Made by a program: the position numbers and the translations under genes. A stretch of DNA of 64,000 nt from Amoebophrya sp. A120. Its lineage: Eukaryota; Protista; Dinoflagellata. This document shows positions 61,162 through 64,000 of this stretch, piece by piece. The stretch lies in contig CAJINV010000001.1 of assembly GCA_905178155.1 (NCBI GenBank), positions 8,693,642-8,757,641 on the forward strand. Reading direction: 5' to 3'. The notes beneath the pieces were generated by a model. It made no database searches. It was not told the origin of the DNA and saw only the letters and a list, made by a program, of their open reading frames with translations. The first letter of the stretch is position 1; every line of letters starts with the position of its first letter.

Positions 61162-61449
61162 TCCCTTAAGCATCCCCTTAAAGATCCCCTTAAAGATTCC
61201 CCTAAGAATGCCCTTAAAGCTGCCCCTTAAAGATTTCCCCTTAAAAATATCGCCTTAAAACCTTTCGGCCTGAATCCATGCTATGGGCCCGGTTTTTTGC
61301 TGGGTGCCAAAACCTTGCGCCATCGCGCACAGAAAAACGCAGCATACCGCCGGTGCAAAAATGAACCCCCATGGTATGAATGATTCCGCGCCCCCCCTTT
61401 TTTTAAGGAGTTTCTTAAGGGGAAGTCTTAAGGGGAGGTCTTAAGGGGT
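61162..61449. repeat. Inverted arrays of CCCTTAA and TTAAGG(GG) units
   Basis: About 8 CCC(T)TAA units at 61162-61260 face 4 TTAAGG(GG) units at 61402-61449. Confidence 0.8.
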
Positions 61450-61850
61450 TATGTTCATAGGAATAAGTAAAGGGAATAACAATGTGAGGTTAGATTCAGA
61501 GCGGCGGCAGTTGCGTGGTTTTTTCAGATTCGCTTGTTAGCAGGAATAAAGCTCTGTTTACTATTAAAACCAAGATGTCCGTCCGGTTTCCCTGCCTTTT
61601 CGCGGTAACTGCAGAGTATTGACGGGCCCCTGCACCACCAGAAGCTTGCAGTTGCATGTACTGGGTTTTCGCGCTCTTTAGGTCGTGTTTACGCATTGGT
61701 ATAGTTCGACGGGTACGACGGAAATTGATATGGTGAAGAAATGAGCAGAGCAGAACCAGAACCAGAAGCCTGTCTTCCAACAGAGTCTGTAATCAAGGAC
61801 CTGTAGAAGTCCTGCCGCGACGAAGGAACCGCTGACGCTCACCACCAGCG

Positions 61851-64000
61851 ATGGACCTCTACAATTACTCTATCAAGAAGCGGCGCCCGCAGCTGCAGCG
61901 GTCCTACACAGATGGCCACGAGCAGGTAGGTGGCTCGTCTGCGAGCCTGCGGAGGGGAACTGCAGCAGGCTACCACGATAGCTACAACTTCCCCCGAAGC
62001 GGGGCCAGCGCGACCCTTCTTGCCGGGGGTGCAGTTGGTATCAGCGACGGCAACAACGGTGGCGGAAAGAACACGTCAGGGACGCGGAAGCAGTTGAAGA
62101 AATCTGTGACTGTTTACGGAGCGTCTTCCTCCTCGTCTTCAAGCAATTACAATGCACTTTTTTCGGCGCCAAGAAACAATGTGCCAAGAAACATTAATCA
62201 CGCCAGCGACGGCCCGGAGGCCGCCGTGATTAGTAGTGTTCATACGAGGTGGTCGGACCACTTGCAGGATGAGCACCAGGTGGAGCAAGGCAGGGCTCAT
62301 ATTGGCGGTGAATCAGGAGGTCTACTTCACAATCCCGCCAAAAGCACGACAGGATCTGCGCAGGAAGTAGTTGGGGACCATTCCAACAATTTTGGAGCTG
62401 CTCCGTTCATCCCGCAACGAACTAGTATGCTGAGCAAAGAACACGATCTGAAGGGAGTTCGAATCGAACCGAACGAGAACTCGAACTGCAGCTCGCCGGC
62501 CGACTATCCTGAATGAAATCACCATCACCTGTTCTTCCCCGCAATTTGGAATGGTGCAGAACATCTTGCGAGATGTTGTACTTCGTAGCTTGTGATGTAT
62601 CTTTCTAACTATGCATGTTCGTTTGTAGGAGCACATACAAATCCAATTGTTCGTACGGGGTGAGCAGTCTGATTTTGCACAGGATGCCGCGCACAACACA
62701 AAGATGAACGAGGTTGGTGTGATGGTTGGCTGTGGTCCAGCAACTTCGTCTTCTTCAGCCGGCCATCATCACACGGCGGGAGGCGGGTCCTCGTCTGCTG
62801 GTGGTACAACAGGAGGCCAGCCATCTCATCGACAGCATCACGGAAATAAAAGTACCAACATTTCGACGATGAACACAGTTTCCTCGTCCACCGCGGCCGA
62901 GCAGAGCACAAGGTGCTGCACGCGTGGCGGTGCGATGTCCCCGCTGCTGCTTGAGGAGATGAGAAGCCCCGCCGCGAATCGCCTCGATTGGTCGTCGACG
63001 CGGAAAAACTTGCAGTCGGGGTTCAAAAACGCCAACAACGCCACGACCAGCGCAAGAAACAATCACTCGAACACGGGCTTACTACACGCATCCTCCTCCA
63101 GTGGCAAGAAACGCAGCAAGAAGACGGGCGGTGGAGGACAACAGAATTACCAGAAGATGGGAATGAACAATAATGATAATCCGTACTTTTCTGCGGTGTT
63201 TGGCACACCCAACGGCTCGGCGGGAACTGGAACTGGTACGGCGACCCAGAATGGAAGAGGTGGTCTGGGGACAAATAAAATCAATGCAGCGACTGGGATG
63301 CTGTCAACGGTGAACGAGGATCAGCAGCTTCTCAACCATAGCGCGGTTTTCCTCGAAGATGGTGCAGCACATCATCATCGAGGCAACCACCAGGTAGAAG
63401 AACCCAACCAGTTCTCCCCGGTCCGACCACTTCAGTTCGAGCAGATTCCACGATCGGACGATGAGTCCGTGTCCCTGTCTGCACAAGAACGTCAAGCTGG
63501 TGGAGCGGGGCGAAACAAAAGTCGGAGGTCATCACAGGGTGACGCAGCAGATCGAGACTACTTTCGGAAGATTAAAGATAGAGGCTCCTATTCCTACGGC
63601 GGAAGCAGTAGCTCGAGTGCGCGCATTTGGTTTTCGCCAGGACAACGCGGAGATGAAGGAGGTTCCTCAGGTGCAAAGAAGGTGGAGCTTGAAGATTTTG
63701 GCAGTGCTGTATTTCACGACCGGAAGCAGCAAGAACACAATGAACTACACACAGCAGCTCGTGCCAATGCAAAACCTATGGGGGACAGCGAACATGATTT
63801 CCTGAGAAGGAAGCCAAAGGCAGCCTGGGAAGACCAGTTCTTGAATGGCAATGGCGTAGCACAAGGGACACAGCGGGGAGATGATCAGTTAGCAAGAACA
63901 GCTTCCCAACACTCCACTTCGCAATCGCGGGCAGTGTCTGCCACTGCAAGTCAACATCAACAGCACGCTGAGGCAGCAGACAACTTGCAACGAACAACCT
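61851..64000 (+). CDS. 5' part of a large low-complexity protein (runs off the window); exon 61851-62504 then about 62692 onward
   Basis: ORF 61851 joins the downstream frame HNTKMNEVG...ATSSS after removal of the decayed introner 62505-62686. That frame appears open to the window end. Confidence 0.65.
62505..62686. mobile_element. Decayed introner (182 bp)
   Basis: Left TATCCTGAATGAAATCA versus right-end reverse complement CATCCTGTGCAAAATCA. Flanks CCGAC/CCGCG. Removing 187 nt restores the frame; no GT donor nearby. Confidence 0.55.

Noticed and set aside
60378-61258. ORFs with CRRAATL and IPLK repeats
   Set aside because: They are translations of minisatellites.
1-64000. Relict dinoflagellate spliced-leader sequences or an autonomous transposase for the introners
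   Set aside because: I recognised no TTTTGGCTCAAG-type match and no DDE, RT or recombinase ORF by eye in this window.

Overview
Eukaryotic, intron-containing genomic DNA with about 20 protein-coding genes, all on the + strand. This fits a syndinian dinoflagellate such as Amoebophrya (inferred from strict gene co-orientation and mixed canonical and non-canonical introns). The main signal is a family of MITE-like 'introner' elements inside coding exons: 10 intact and 2 decayed copies, in at least 5 terminal-inverted-repeat (TIR) families. Each intact copy begins TAT, ends ATA, has ~30-37-bp TIRs and a 5-bp target-site duplication (TSD). Removing the element plus one TSD copy restores the reading frame in every case, for example rebuilding the thioredoxin GFPTL motif, yet no boundary can be GT-AG. 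Homologous copies sit in opposite orientations in same-strand genes, and unrelated families share an internal GCAT(G/C/T)ACA motif. One introner carries a nested poly(A)-tailed retroposed insert. Other features: a signal-peptide plus TM USP deubiquitinase, an MsrB-like protein, a METTL21-like methyltransferase, a CK1/TTBK-like kinase, a PDI/TMX-like protein, PEX22-like and Sen15-like genes, a 4x495-bp intronic tandem array, a 2.2-kb segment between 38-bp direct repeats, a GC-rich minisatellite and a 100-N gap.
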